A DNA stretch of 64,000 nt from a bacterium BMS3Bbin08 (GTDB taxonomy: Bacteria > Nitrospirota > Thermodesulfovibrionia > UBA6902 > BMS3Bbin08). Every line of letters starts with the position of its first letter. Position 1 is the stretch's first letter. Positions 30,653-41,199 of the stretch are shown piece by piece. A model generated the notes under the pieces. It was not told the DNA's origin, searched no databases, and was given only the letters and a program-made list of their open reading frames with translations. The position numbers were made by a program, and so were the translations under genes. Where the stretch lies: positions 5,556 through 69,555 of the forward strand of contig BDTR01000032.1 of assembly GCA_002897775.1 (NCBI GenBank), written 5' to 3'.

Positions 30653-31276
30653 TTGAGCAAAATAATTTTGATAGACGAAAAATGGGATTTTAATTCTCCA
30701 ATCTCCCGGTATGCGTTAAAAATGGCAAAAGGCTCTGATACTGAGATAGTCGGTGTCTGTCTTACTGGTGATGCCGGGGATGAAACAAGCAGGGCCCAGG
30801 CGGTGTTAAGCGGCGTTAAGCAGAAATTTGCTTCTGAAGGTATTGATTTTAGTTCATACATAATAGGCCCTGACCCGGATGCATTTATGAAAAGGATAGA
30901 CAGTCTGATGCCCGCCAGCCTTGTTATTCTGGGAGATATAACGTTTTCAGATGAAATGATCAGGGGCGGAGCGAATATTGATGCCATCAAGTCAAAATTT
31001 CAGTGTCCGGTTGCCACTGTCGATGCGATAACTCTGTCTCAGGAAGAGAAAAGGACCGCAGAGGGCATAAACTGGGGCAGGTGGATAATATATGCGATAG
31101 GTTCTGTATTAATGTACGCTGTGTTTTTCCCTAAAATAGAAGCGCTGAACAAGAAGATATTCATGGCGGAGACTGTTCTTGGCGGGCTTGCTATCATGGT
31201 TGTTGTTGCTGTACACGCGTGGATATGGGGCAATACAACCACTATCTTACCTAAATTATTCAAGCTTGAAAAATAA
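30653..31276 (+). CDS. Hypothetical protein (USP-like N-terminus, two C-terminal TM helices)
   Basis: AGGAGG RBS, TTG start; hydrophobic C-terminus. Confidence 0.75.
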   Translation: MSKIILIDEKWDFNSPISRYALKMAKGSDTEIVGVCLTGDAGDETSRAQAVLSGVKQKFASEGIDFSSYIIGPDPDAFMKRIDSLMPASLVILGDITFSDEMIRGGANIDAIKSKFQCPVATVDAITLSQEEKRTAEGINWGRWIIYAIGSVLMYAVFFPKIEALNKKIFMAETVLGGLAIMVVVAVHAWIWGNTTTILPKLFKLEK

Positions 31277-31299
31277 TAACTATGGAGGATTAATATGAA

Positions 31300-32364
31300 A
31301 TGCATGATGTAGCTGCCCAGGCAATAGACAAACTGACTGTTGTAAGCCAGATATTCGGTACAAGCCCCTGGATCATGCTCGGAGTCATATTGCTCGGTTT
31401 CATGGGAGGAACATTGTCCGGTTTTATCGGTTCGGGAGGAGCTTTTCTGATGACTCCCGGAATGATGAACCTTGGTGTACCAGGAGTTATGGCGGTTGCC
31501 GCCAATATTACCCATAAGTTCGGCAAGGCTATGATGGGCTCAAAAAAGCACGGGGAGCTCGGGCATGTGGACAGGAAATTAGGTATTTATCTGCTTATAA
31601 CGGCCTGTATCGGCATAAGGGCCGCGGTGGTGGTAAACGGGTACTTTTTTGAGAAACTGGGCTCGGCTGGTTCAGGCCTTTATGTAAGCGCTTTTTTTGT
31701 TATTACTCTAAGTATCATAGGTTATTCATTGCTTAAGGACGCCTTAAGGTCACAAAGAGAGCCGGGTGCAGGGCCTTCTGACAAGCTTCTTAATTTATCC
31801 AGAAAATTCCAGTTTAAACCTTTGATACATTTCAAGATAGCCGATGTGGAGGTTTCTTTTGTTGTCCTTCTGTTTGTAGGATTGGCTATAGGTTATATGG
31901 CGGGAACAATCGGGGTCGGAGGTTTTATCGGGGTTCCGGCTATGATCTACGTCTTTGGTGTCCCGACTGTTGTGGCCGCGGGAACCGAGTTGTTTCTTGC
32001 TATGTTCATGGGGGCATGGGGCGCTTTCAACTACGGTATGCAGGGTTATGTTGACCTAAGGCTGGTCCTGCTTCTTTATGCGGGGTCTCTGGTAGGTATA
32101 TATTTTGGTGCAGTCGGTACTCACCTGGTAAAAGAGCTTTATATCCGCATGGTAACAGCAGTACTTATTCTCTTATGTGTTGTCTCACGCGCACTGGCAA
32201 TCCCTGAATACTTACAGCAATTAAATCTGCTCAAAATGGGAGAAGGCTCTGCCTCGATGTTTGAGATTGGCAGTAAGATTTTCCTTTTTGGAAGCGGAAT
32301 TATAGCGACATTTTTGGTTTTATACTGGACATTCAAAGCAAAAGCAAAAGAGAAAAAGGCTTAA
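31300..32364 (+). CDS. TauE/SafE family exporter
   Basis: SGFIGSGGAFLMTP, GVGGFIGVP, AAGT. Confidence 0.88.
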   Translation: MHDVAAQAIDKLTVVSQIFGTSPWIMLGVILLGFMGGTLSGFIGSGGAFLMTPGMMNLGVPGVMAVAANITHKFGKAMMGSKKHGELGHVDRKLGIYLLITACIGIRAAVVVNGYFFEKLGSAGSGLYVSAFFVITLSIIGYSLLKDALRSQREPGAGPSDKLLNLSRKFQFKPLIHFKIADVEVSFVVLLFVGLAIGYMAGTIGVGGFIGVPAMIYVFGVPTVVAAGTELFLAMFMGAWGAFNYGMQGYVDLRLVLLLYAGSLVGIYFGAVGTHLVKELYIRMVTAVLILLCVVSRALAIPEYLQQLNLLKMGEGSASMFEIGSKIFLFGSGIIATFLVLYWTFKAKAKEKKA

Positions 32365-32425
32365 AAGCCGGTTTTTCCAGCGGGTCTATGAAGATACCCG
32401 CAAATCGTTTAAGGAGGAATAATTA

Positions 32426-32854
32426 ATGGACATGTATAAGAAAATAGTAGTGGCAGTGGACGGCTCTGAGGTGAGCAAGAACGCTTTCAGACACGCTGTT
32501 GAACTGACGAGGCAGAATAACGGAACACTTACTGTTATTCATATCGTCCCGCAGATCGAAACCCTGGACATAGAGACCTTTAAACCTGAGAGCCTTCGCA
32601 AAGGGATGATGCAGGAAGGTGAAAAAATACTCTCAGAGGTCAGGGAACTTGCCGGCAAGAGCGGAATTACGGTCCAGGCCAGTGTGGAGGAAGGAGTTCC
32701 TTTTGAAAAAATATGCGAGGTCGCGGATAAGTCCGATGCAGACCTTATAGTCATGGGAAGCCATGGCCGTAGCGGGATCGGGAAAGTGCTTATCGGAAGT
32801 GTTACAGAAAGAGTCATCAGCAGAACCAGCTGTCCTGTGCTTGTGGTGAAATAA
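32426..32854 (+). CDS. Universal stress protein
   Basis: KKIVVAVDGS, LIVMGSHG...GSVTERV, CPVLVV. Confidence 0.95.
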   Translation: MDMYKKIVVAVDGSEVSKNAFRHAVELTRQNNGTLTVIHIVPQIETLDIETFKPESLRKGMMQEGEKILSEVRELAGKSGITVQASVEEGVPFEKICEVADKSDADLIVMGSHGRSGIGKVLIGSVTERVISRTSCPVLVVK

Positions 32855-32870
32855 ACATTGAAAAAAAGAG

Positions 32871-33362
32871 ATGCTTAAAAGAGGCGATGAGTCCTTTCTG
32901 AAAGATGCCTTTAAAAAGGTTTCACTGGTAACAGCCACAGTTATAGCAGGTTTTTTCTTAAGCGCTGTCCTGGTTGAGTGGATAAAAAGTTCACATGCCC
33001 CTTTTCAGGGTTTTGCAAATTACGAATGGGTCCCCCGGTTAAATACATTTCTTTACCTGATGACGATGTTCAATATTCTTGTGATAAGATATGCTGTAAT
33101 GAGGATCTATATCGCACCCGGACCCGGACCCGATGACTTTAAAGCAGTTGTCAGGCGTTTATACAGGGCTGATATTGCGGCTATGCTGCTCTCAGGACTG
33201 CCCTGTATTTACGGTCTTGTACTTTTTCTACTGGCCGGCGACCATGTAGATTTCTACCTTTTATTCGCATTGACGGTTATTTACGGGACGATCTATTTCC
33301 CAAGATATACAAAATGGGTATCTATAGTTGAGGAAAAGGAAATTAATATAAAAGCGGTTTAA
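32871..33362 (+). CDS. Hypothetical membrane protein (~4 TM)
   Basis: Hydrophobic segments; in operon; ends YFPR. Confidence 0.75.
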   Translation: MLKRGDESFLKDAFKKVSLVTATVIAGFFLSAVLVEWIKSSHAPFQGFANYEWVPRLNTFLYLMTMFNILVIRYAVMRIYIAPGPGPDDFKAVVRRLYRADIAAMLLSGLPCIYGLVLFLLAGDHVDFYLLFALTVIYGTIYFPRYTKWVSIVEEKEINIKAV

Positions 33363-33379
33363 AAGGAGGATTAACTGGG

Positions 33380-34324
33380 ATGCATTTTTATCTGCCGATT
33401 GCTTTAACTAGTATCAGCCTGCCTCTTGTGTTGGGGCTTGGACTTGTGGTTGGGCTGCTTTCAGGTCTTTTTGGCGTCGGGGGGGGGTTTTTAATGACCC
33501 CGCTTTTGATTATGATAGGTATTCCCCCGACAGTTGCCGCTGCTACGGACTCGCTCCAGATCGTTGGGGCTTCCACATCCGGTACATTTGCTCACTGGAG
33601 ACTCGGCAATGTTGATTTTAAAATGGGCATGTACCTGCTGATAGGGGGGTTCGTCGGCGGCCTTGCCGGAGTACAACTCATCAAGGTTCTCAGATTAATG
33701 GGTAACGCGGATTTTGTAATAAAAATAACGTATGTCCTTATGCTGGGAATTGTAGGCAGCTATATGTTTGTTGAAAGTTTGAACGCCCTTAAGAGGGCGA
33801 GACGCGCGAAACAGTCACAGACGACTGTCAAGACCAGTACAAAGAGCAGGAAGGAATCCGGATTTATAAAATTCATGAAGGGCCTCCCGTTTCAGACCAG
33901 GTTTAACAAATCAGGTGTAACCCATTCAGCCCTGCTGGTAGTGTTTCTTGGCATGTTTGTCGGTGTTCTTGCCGCTATTATGGGCGTGGGTGGCGGGTTT
34001 CTGATGGTCCCGGTCATGATATACCTTTTGAGAATGCCGATGCATGTAGTTGTGGGAACCAGCCTGTTCCAGATACTTTTCACCTGTATTGAGGTATCTT
34101 TTCTGCAGTCATATATAAACCATACAGTTGATTTTATACTGGCAATACTGCTTCTGGCGGGGTCTACCTTCGGGGCTCAGATAGGCACTAAACTCGGGAA
34201 AAAGCTCCATGGCGACCAGTTGAAGATACTGCTTGCCATGATCGTTCTTGTGGTTACCGCAAAAATAATGCTTGACCTGTTAATTGAACCCTCTGTGCTT
34301 CTTTCGCTTAAAGGAGGGCATTAG
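33380..34324 (+). CDS. TauE/SafE family exporter
   Basis: MHFYLPIA, GLFGVGGGFLMTP, GVGGGFLMVP, VGTSL. Confidence 0.92.
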   Translation: MHFYLPIALTSISLPLVLGLGLVVGLLSGLFGVGGGFLMTPLLIMIGIPPTVAAATDSLQIVGASTSGTFAHWRLGNVDFKMGMYLLIGGFVGGLAGVQLIKVLRLMGNADFVIKITYVLMLGIVGSYMFVESLNALKRARRAKQSQTTVKTSTKSRKESGFIKFMKGLPFQTRFNKSGVTHSALLVVFLGMFVGVLAAIMGVGGGFLMVPVMIYLLRMPMHVVVGTSLFQILFTCIEVSFLQSYINHTVDFILAILLLAGSTFGAQIGTKLGKKLHGDQLKILLAMIVLVVTAKIMLDLLIEPSVLLSLKGGH

Positions 34325-34325
34325 A

Positions 34326-35108
34326 ATGAGAATTATAAAAGGGTTTAATATTAAGGCACTGCTTCTGGCAGGCTGTTTAATGTTGATTCCGGTTCCTGAC
34401 GCGTTTTCTGTTACTTTCAAAGTTTCTCCTGAACACATTGCCGTCGATTCTCTTTACCACGGGAGCAGGGTGTCGATAACCGGTGAAGTCGGGGCGGACG
34501 AAGAGGTTATTGTAAAGGTGACCTCAGAGGAACATAAGGTCGATCTGCGCAAAAAGGGTAAAAAGATGGGCCTGTTGTGGATGAATGTGGGAGAGTTGGA
34601 AATAGAGCCTGTATCCGATGTTTATCTTTTGTTTTCAACGCGTGATATCAATGAAATATTGAATCCGGAACAGCAGAACAGTTATGTAATAGGATACGGC
34701 TCCCTGAAGAAAATAGTGAGTTTAGTCCCTGTATCGGATGAAGCTGAAAAAGAAAAATGGTTTGATGAATTTATTAAATTCAAAGAGAATGACAATATAT
34801 ACGGCGTGTTCCCCGGAACCATAGATGTTATTTCATCCGGTGAAGAGAAAAAATTCAAGATCGATGTGGACTGGCCTTATCAGGCCCCGCCTCAGGAATA
34901 CAAGGTCAGCGCGTACACGGTGAAAAACGGTTTGATATCAGGCGAATCAAACGCCACGCTTATTGTTGAGAAAACGGGCGCACTCAGGTTTCTATCGGAA
35001 ATGGCTTTCAATAAGGCCGCGGTTTATGGAGTTGTCTCAATATTTATAGCCATATTTGCCGGGTTCATTGTAAGCATGGTCTTTAAAGGAGGCGGAGGCG
35101 GACACTAA
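34326..35108 (+). CDS. TauE-associated membrane-anchored protein (TIGR02186-like)
   Basis: Signal peptide, RKKGK.GLLWMN, C-terminal TM; usual position after TauE. Confidence 0.78.
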   Translation: MRIIKGFNIKALLLAGCLMLIPVPDAFSVTFKVSPEHIAVDSLYHGSRVSITGEVGADEEVIVKVTSEEHKVDLRKKGKKMGLLWMNVGELEIEPVSDVYLLFSTRDINEILNPEQQNSYVIGYGSLKKIVSLVPVSDEAEKEKWFDEFIKFKENDNIYGVFPGTIDVISSGEEKKFKIDVDWPYQAPPQEYKVSAYTVKNGLISGESNATLIVEKTGALRFLSEMAFNKAAVYGVVSIFIAIFAGFIVSMVFKGGGGGH

Positions 35109-35213
35109 CGCTCAGGGTAGACTATAAACAGGATACTTATAATCGGGGAACTGGAGATGTTATAATACCAGAGTTGAGGTATTGATACAGGTGTTTTTGT
35201 CAGCGGATCGGTC

Positions 35214-35603
35214 ATGGAAAAAGGAAAATATCTAATGATGGTGGTGGATGACGAACCCATAGTGGGAAAACGTCTGAAACAGATCTTCGAGAAAGCCGGC
35301 TATAATACGGAAGTATTTACAGGGGGCCGCTCAGCCCTTGAGGATCTGAAGAAAAAAAAATACGACATCGTTGTTACAGACCTGAGAATGGACGATGTGG
35401 ACGGCATAAAGATACTTGAGGAGGCAAGAGAGAAAAACCCGGACATTAAAGTAATAATTATTACCGCGTACGCGGAGATGGAAACTGCCAAAGAGGCCTT
35501 TAAAAAAGGGGCCTTTGATTTTATCGCCAAGCCTTTTAAAATAGACGAACTCAAGCAGGTAATAGCAAGGGCGGAAAAAGAACTTGCCAAGTCCAGGGAA
35601 TAA
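35214..35603 (+). CDS. Stand-alone response regulator receiver (paralog of 28236-28616)
   Basis: MVVDDEPIVGKRLK identical to the paralog; VTDLRM, KPF. Confidence 0.92.
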   Translation: MEKGKYLMMVVDDEPIVGKRLKQIFEKAGYNTEVFTGGRSALEDLKKKKYDIVVTDLRMDDVDGIKILEEAREKNPDIKVIIITAYAEMETAKEAFKKGAFDFIAKPFKIDELKQVIARAEKELAKSRE

Positions 35604-35811
35604 AAGGATCTTCTACCTGTCTTGTCCCCTCCCGCAGTTATTAATTATAATGTATATGAAAGCTGTTTTTTCGACTACCGTTCCTTACCACAGGGTGACC
35701 CGCTTAAAAGGAGTTGTGGTGTCATGATACGGCCCGCTTCTGATATCTTAAATTTTCCGAAGCTTTGAAAAAGAATACTATGAAGTTTATAATGAATTAG
35801 GAATAAAAGCC

Positions 35812-38469
35812 ATGTTCGGGAAGATAAGGAATTTTTTTAAAAAGAAACCGCAAAGGGTAGATAGGAAATTGCCTTTCAGGGAGGTTTTCAGCCGCTTCCG
35901 CCAAGTGCTTGACAGCAATAATCTCGCCCTTCAGATCATGGCGGATATGGGAGACAAGATGGGCGGTGATTATATATTTGACATAAACTACATAAAGAGC
36001 GCGTACGCGAAATTTGCCGACGCTGTCTTTAAATCCATCTACAACCTGAATGCGCTTGCGCAGAACAGGTACTTATATCTGCATGGGACTTATGAGAAGA
36101 TCAATTCCCAGATAAACAGGATATTGCAGGGCAAACCGGTCGCCGAAGCGCTTGAGCCTGTGCTTTTCTACAAGGACATTTCATGGGAATTCGCCGACGC
36201 AGTAGGCGGGAAAAACTCCGCTATAGCCACAATGTACAACAATCTTAAAATTAATGTGCCAGAAGGTTTCGCCATCACGACAGGCGCGTTCAAAAGGTTT
36301 GTCGAATATAACGGTATAGAAGAGAAGATCGAGGACCTGAAGCAGAAATACAAAAAGGCGTCGCAGCGGTCCCGGAAAGATGACATAATGACAACCGCAA
36401 CATTTGCGGAGGCCGGTGAACATGAGACCGCAAAAGAAATCGTGAGCGGTGTCGATTACATGAACGAGTCTTTTTTACAGGACATCCGGGAACTGTTCCT
36501 GAAGGGAGACATCCCTGCTGATATATCGGAAATTATAGAAGCTACCCTCGAGACGATGAAGATAAATCATGAAGGACCTTTATTTTTAGCGGTAAGAAGC
36601 AGCGCCGAAGAGGAGGATACCGAATTTTCCTTTGCTGGCCAGTTTGAAACTGAACTCAATGTGCCGGCTGAAAGGAAACCTGTTGAGGAGGCATATCGGA
36701 AAGTCCTTGCGAGTCTTTATTCGCGGAAAGCCATGGCCTATAAAGAACATATTATGCCCGAAGACAATTTGATTAATATGAGTGTCGGGTGTATGAAAAT
36801 GGTAAACGCCTCTGCAAGCGGCGTAATGAACACTATCGACCCCACTAATCTGAATAATGACGTAATCATAATAAATGCCAACTGGGGGCTGGGTAAGACG
36901 GTGGTTGATGGTTCTGTTGACGCTGACCACTTTATTATCTCGAAAGATGAGACTTACAGGGTCATTGACAGCAGGACAGGGAAAAAGAACGTCATGATAT
37001 CAGCGGACCCAAAAGGGGGGGTCAGCGAAATGGTGATATCCCCGGAAGAAGGGGAAAAACAGTGTCTCAACGAAGAACAGCTAAAAAAGCTCGCACATTA
37101 TGCAGTTACAATAGAGCATTATTTTAAAAAGCCACAGGATATAGAATGGGCTATTGACAGGAAGGGCGATATATTTATTGTTCAGTCAAGGCCGTTAAGG
37201 GTTTCGTCCAAGATACGGGCAGGGTCCAGGAACATATCTTGCAAGCTCGATAAATACGATGTAATTATGGAAGGCAAGGGCGTCATAGCCCAGCGCGGCA
37301 TCGGCTCTGGGAAGGTATTTGTGCTTAAAAGTCTGGATGACCTGAAAGACTTCGTAGCCGGTTCCATACTTGTGGCCAGGCATGATTCGTCACATTTTAT
37401 CAGAGTCATGCCCAAGGCGTCCGCGATTATTACCGACATGGGGACACCTACGAGCCACATGGCTAATATTGCCAGGGAGTTCCAGGTTCCGACAATAGTA
37501 AATACCGGCGACGGGACCACGGTCCTGAATCACGGGGAGGAAATCACGGTAGACGCCGATGACAACAGGATATATAAAGGGATAATCCAGGAACTGATGA
37601 AGTACAGGATATCATCGGACATCGATCTGAAGGGTACAAAGGAGTTCAGGCTTCTCAAGAAAATGCTCAGATATATAACACCTTTAAACCTGATCGACCC
37701 GTTACTGGAAAATTTCACACCGGAGGGCTGCAAAACCTTTCACGATATAATCAGGTTTATTCATGAAAAAGCCATCGCCGAGCTTGTCAATGTAAAGCGT
37801 TACGAGGGAAATATGTTAAAGGATAACGTAGCTATTAAACTCGATGTGAGCATACCGACAGGCATATTCATCATAGATATCGGCGGGGGGCTGGACCTCG
37901 TGAGCGGGAGCAGCATGGCGTCTTTTGATGAGATCACTTCTATCCCTTTTAAGTCAATCATGAGTGGAATGATGCATCCGGGAGTTTGGCACTCTGATTC
38001 CGTCTCAATGAGGGTCAATGATTTTATGTCGAGCATGATGAAGATGCCTGACATATCATCAATGCGTTACCTCGGCGATAACATCGCGGTAATTTCCCGT
38101 GAATATGTCAATATGAGCCTTAGGTTCGGCTATCACTTTAACATGCTTGACTGCTATTGCAGTGAAAATGTCAGGGACAACCATATCTACTTCCGGTTTG
38201 TCGGGGGAGCTACAGACATTTCCAAAAGGTCAAGGCGCGCAGAACTTCTGGCGATCATTCTCAAGGAATTCAACCTGATAGTGAATCTAAAGGGCGACCT
38301 GATTATAGGCCGCACCGGAAATGTGAGCCGGGCGGAAATGGAGGAGATTCTCGACAAACTCGGCAGGCTAATAGCCTATACCCGCCAGCTTGATGCCCTT
38401 CTCGATGATGATGAGACCGTTAACAGGTACGCCAGGCAATTCCTTGAAGAGAACTATACATTGGATTAG
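35812..38469 (+). CDS. PEP synthase/PPDK-like dikinase (ATP-grasp + His-swivel; no PEP barrel)
   Basis: VGGK, AVRSSA.ED, SFAGQF, QDIEWA, QSRP, TSHMANIARE. Confidence 0.85.
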   Translation: MFGKIRNFFKKKPQRVDRKLPFREVFSRFRQVLDSNNLALQIMADMGDKMGGDYIFDINYIKSAYAKFADAVFKSIYNLNALAQNRYLYLHGTYEKINSQINRILQGKPVAEALEPVLFYKDISWEFADAVGGKNSAIATMYNNLKINVPEGFAITTGAFKRFVEYNGIEEKIEDLKQKYKKASQRSRKDDIMTTATFAEAGEHETAKEIVSGVDYMNESFLQDIRELFLKGDIPADISEIIEATLETMKINHEGPLFLAVRSSAEEEDTEFSFAGQFETELNVPAERKPVEEAYRKVLASLYSRKAMAYKEHIMPEDNLINMSVGCMKMVNASASGVMNTIDPTNLNNDVIIINANWGLGKTVVDGSVDADHFIISKDETYRVIDSRTGKKNVMISADPKGGVSEMVISPEEGEKQCLNEEQLKKLAHYAVTIEHYFKKPQDIEWAIDRKGDIFIVQSRPLRVSSKIRAGSRNISCKLDKYDVIMEGKGVIAQRGIGSGKVFVLKSLDDLKDFVAGSILVARHDSSHFIRVMPKASAIITDMGTPTSHMANIAREFQVPTIVNTGDGTTVLNHGEEITVDADDNRIYKGIIQELMKYRISSDIDLKGTKEFRLLKKMLRYITPLNLIDPLLENFTPEGCKTFHDIIRFIHEKAIAELVNVKRYEGNMLKDNVAIKLDVSIPTGIFIIDIGGGLDLVSGSSMASFDEITSIPFKSIMSGMMHPGVWHSDSVSMRVNDFMSSMMKMPDISSMRYLGDNIAVISREYVNMSLRFGYHFNMLDCYCSENVRDNHIYFRFVGGATDISKRSRRAELLAIILKEFNLIVNLKGDLIIGRTGNVSRAEMEEILDKLGRLIAYTRQLDALLDDDETVNRYARQFLEENYTLD

Positions 38470-38528
38470 AGGATCGATAGGTCGACACCGTAAAAGTTAC
38501 GGTCTGATATTTTTGAGCCGGAGATAAC

Positions 38529-41129
38529 ATGGGCATTGATTCAATTATTAAAAAAACCGGAAATTTTTTAAAAAAATTCGACGGTATTCTGCATGGAAAG
38601 AGCAAGACATCTGAACTGGACCTTTTGATCCCCGGTGAGAATTATTTCAGGCTGAGGAGCAGGTATTACAGCTACAAGAGCCTTCTTTTAAAAAATAACG
38701 AGCTTCTGGATTCCCTGTCCGAAGTTGAAGAAGGTCTCGAATCAAAGACCCTGACTATTCAGAACTTCAGGGCGCATGTGGCGCGCATTTTCGATACGGC
38801 ATTCGGTTTTATTCAGAGCCTGAACGACATGGCTGACAATCGTTACCAGTATCTTTATGAAGTGCTGGAGCGAATCAGAGAAACAGCCCAGAGCCACTTT
38901 AAGAAAGAAACCGGGGGGAAAGCTTCGGACCTTGTTATCCCCATAGATAAAATAACGGCTGAACATTTCAAGGACGTCGGTGGTAAGGCGGGAAACCTCG
39001 GAGAGATAAGAAATATGTTAAGGCTGCCATCACCCGGGGGGTTTTCAATTACTGTACGGGCGTACAGGGAATTCATGTCTTACAATAACCTTGAGCAGGA
39101 GATTAACAGGCTCTCCGGCTCGGTGGACATGAACGACACTGCCGGGCTCGAAAATGTCTCCGAGGCGGTCCGGAAGTTGATCATGGGATCCCGGGTGCCG
39201 CCCGTGATAGAGGAAGCAATTGATGAAGAAGTGGGAAGGTTTGGAAAAGAGAAAAGCTTCTCTGTGAGGTCAAGCGCAGTCGGTGAAGACGGCAAGATAT
39301 CTTTCGCAGGACAATTCACAAGCGTTCTGAATGTGGGCGCGGGAGATATTACAAGCGCTTACAAAGAAGTGATAACGAGTAAATACGGAAGAAGGGCGGT
39401 ATTCTACCGGCAGGCAAAGGGAATAAAAGATAAAGATATTCCGATGGCTGTGCTTGTTCTTGAGATGATAGATTCGAAGTCGTCAGGGGTTCTTTATACT
39501 TTGAACCCAGGATATCCTGAAAGAGACGAGACCATAATCAGCTCGGTATGGGGACAGGGACAATACGCGGTCGGCGGAAAGATATCCCCGGACATGTTCA
39601 TACTTGACCGGCGAGACAATGGTAAAATCATAAGCAGTGTTGTGCCCGGGAAGAGTGTACAGCTTGCCATGAAACCGGACGGGGGAATGGAAGAGTTGCC
39701 GGTCCCGGAACGAGACCGTAATACGGCGAGTATTTCAGAAAGCAATATAAAAGAACTTTATCATTTTAGCCGAGTAATTGAAAGGCATTTCGGCGAACCG
39801 CAGGACATAGAGTGGACGGTCGATAAAAAGGGACTCATTCAGATACTCCAGACACGGCCCCTTCATATCAGGAGGGTCATACAGCCCTCGGCTCCTGACA
39901 CATTCGCCAAGAGGAAGGTCATGCTTTCACAGGGGGAAACGGCAAGCCGTGGAATCGCCTCGGGGCCGGTTTTTATCGTTGACAAATTCAGCCAGATAAA
40001 TGATTTCCCCCCGGGTGCCGTATTGATAGCGAGGAACTCGTCAAATGAATTTGTAAAGCTGATGCGTTCAGCCTCAGCCGTAGTTATAGAGACGGGCAGT
40101 ATTACAAGTCATCTTGCTACAGTGGCAAGAGAGTTTAATGTTCCGACGGTAGTCAACGTCAGGAATGTCCGGCAGATATTGAGAAACGAAAGGTCGGTTA
40201 CCGTAGACGCAAACTCCGGGCGGATTTACAGGGGGATGATCGAGGGTGTCGCCCGTCCCGTGCCGGATACCCGCGTTGCGGAAAACGTCTCTGCCGACGA
40301 AGGCATTATAAGGACGGTGATGAAATACATAACGCCCTTGAACCTTGTCACTCTCGATGAAAGCGAGATAACTCCGGAGGAATTCAAGACCGTGCACGAT
40401 ATAATAAGATACGTGCACGAGGTCTCCGTCAAGGAGATGTTTCGCATAGGAGAGCTTACCGAGGGGGAGGGTTCCACCCAGCAGCTTGTTTCAGACCTGA
40501 TTCCCATGTATTTCTATATTATTGATCTTGACGGCGGCGTTGTGGATGAAGCCAAATTCCTGAAAAAAATAGGCCCTGAACATATTACGTCGATCCCGTT
40601 AAAGGCGCTGTGGAAAGGCATGACCCATGAAGGGGTCAGGTGGTCGGGCCCTGTTGATATTGACATGGGAGGCCTTGCTTCGGTTATGGCCAGGTCTTTT
40701 GTGCGTACAGGTGTCACTGAAAAAGGGGGAAAGGCCTATGTTATTGTCACTGATCAGTATCTGAACCTGAGCGTAAAACTTGCATATCACTTTAGCGTGT
40801 TTGACGTCTTCTGCGGGGAGAGCTATATCAATAATTATATAAATTTCCGTTTTCAGGGAGGAGGCGCCAGCGCGGACGGAAGAATGCGGCGCGCCATGTT
40901 CCTCAGAGAGGTACTTGAATCTCTGGACTTCAGGGTGGAAGTCAAGGATGACATGGTCATTGCTGATATGAAAGGGGCGTCCAGGCAGGAGACAGAGGAA
41001 AGGCTGGATGTGCTGGGGCGATTGCTCGGCTGTTCAAGACAGCTTGATATGGCGATAAACAGTATGGAGGCAAAGGACTGGTATGTCAGGGCATTTTTAG
41101 AAGGCAATTATTCATTTGAACACAAATAA
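38529..41129 (+). CDS. Second PEP synthase/PPDK-like dikinase paralog
   Basis: VGGKAGNLGE, SVRSSAVGED, SFAGQF, QDIEW, QTRP, TSHLATVARE. Confidence 0.85.
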   Translation: MGIDSIIKKTGNFLKKFDGILHGKSKTSELDLLIPGENYFRLRSRYYSYKSLLLKNNELLDSLSEVEEGLESKTLTIQNFRAHVARIFDTAFGFIQSLNDMADNRYQYLYEVLERIRETAQSHFKKETGGKASDLVIPIDKITAEHFKDVGGKAGNLGEIRNMLRLPSPGGFSITVRAYREFMSYNNLEQEINRLSGSVDMNDTAGLENVSEAVRKLIMGSRVPPVIEEAIDEEVGRFGKEKSFSVRSSAVGEDGKISFAGQFTSVLNVGAGDITSAYKEVITSKYGRRAVFYRQAKGIKDKDIPMAVLVLEMIDSKSSGVLYTLNPGYPERDETIISSVWGQGQYAVGGKISPDMFILDRRDNGKIISSVVPGKSVQLAMKPDGGMEELPVPERDRNTASISESNIKELYHFSRVIERHFGEPQDIEWTVDKKGLIQILQTRPLHIRRVIQPSAPDTFAKRKVMLSQGETASRGIASGPVFIVDKFSQINDFPPGAVLIARNSSNEFVKLMRSASAVVIETGSITSHLATVAREFNVPTVVNVRNVRQILRNERSVTVDANSGRIYRGMIEGVARPVPDTRVAENVSADEGIIRTVMKYITPLNLVTLDESEITPEEFKTVHDIIRYVHEVSVKEMFRIGELTEGEGSTQQLVSDLIPMYFYIIDLDGGVVDEAKFLKKIGPEHITSIPLKALWKGMTHEGVRWSGPVDIDMGGLASVMARSFVRTGVTEKGGKAYVIVTDQYLNLSVKLAYHFSVFDVFCGESYINNYINFRFQGGGASADGRMRRAMFLREVLESLDFRVEVKDDMVIADMKGASRQETEERLDVLGRLLGCSRQLDMAINSMEAKDWYVRAFLEGNYSFEHK

Positions 41130-41199
41130 ACATAAAAGTGTTTCCAGCGGTCGACGTTAGAAGATTCCTGTGGATCCGGAAACCCCGGATTAAACACAT

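Noticed and set aside
35812..41129. Calling the two dikinases ppsA
   Set aside because: The C-terminal PEP/pyruvate-binding barrel motifs are absent
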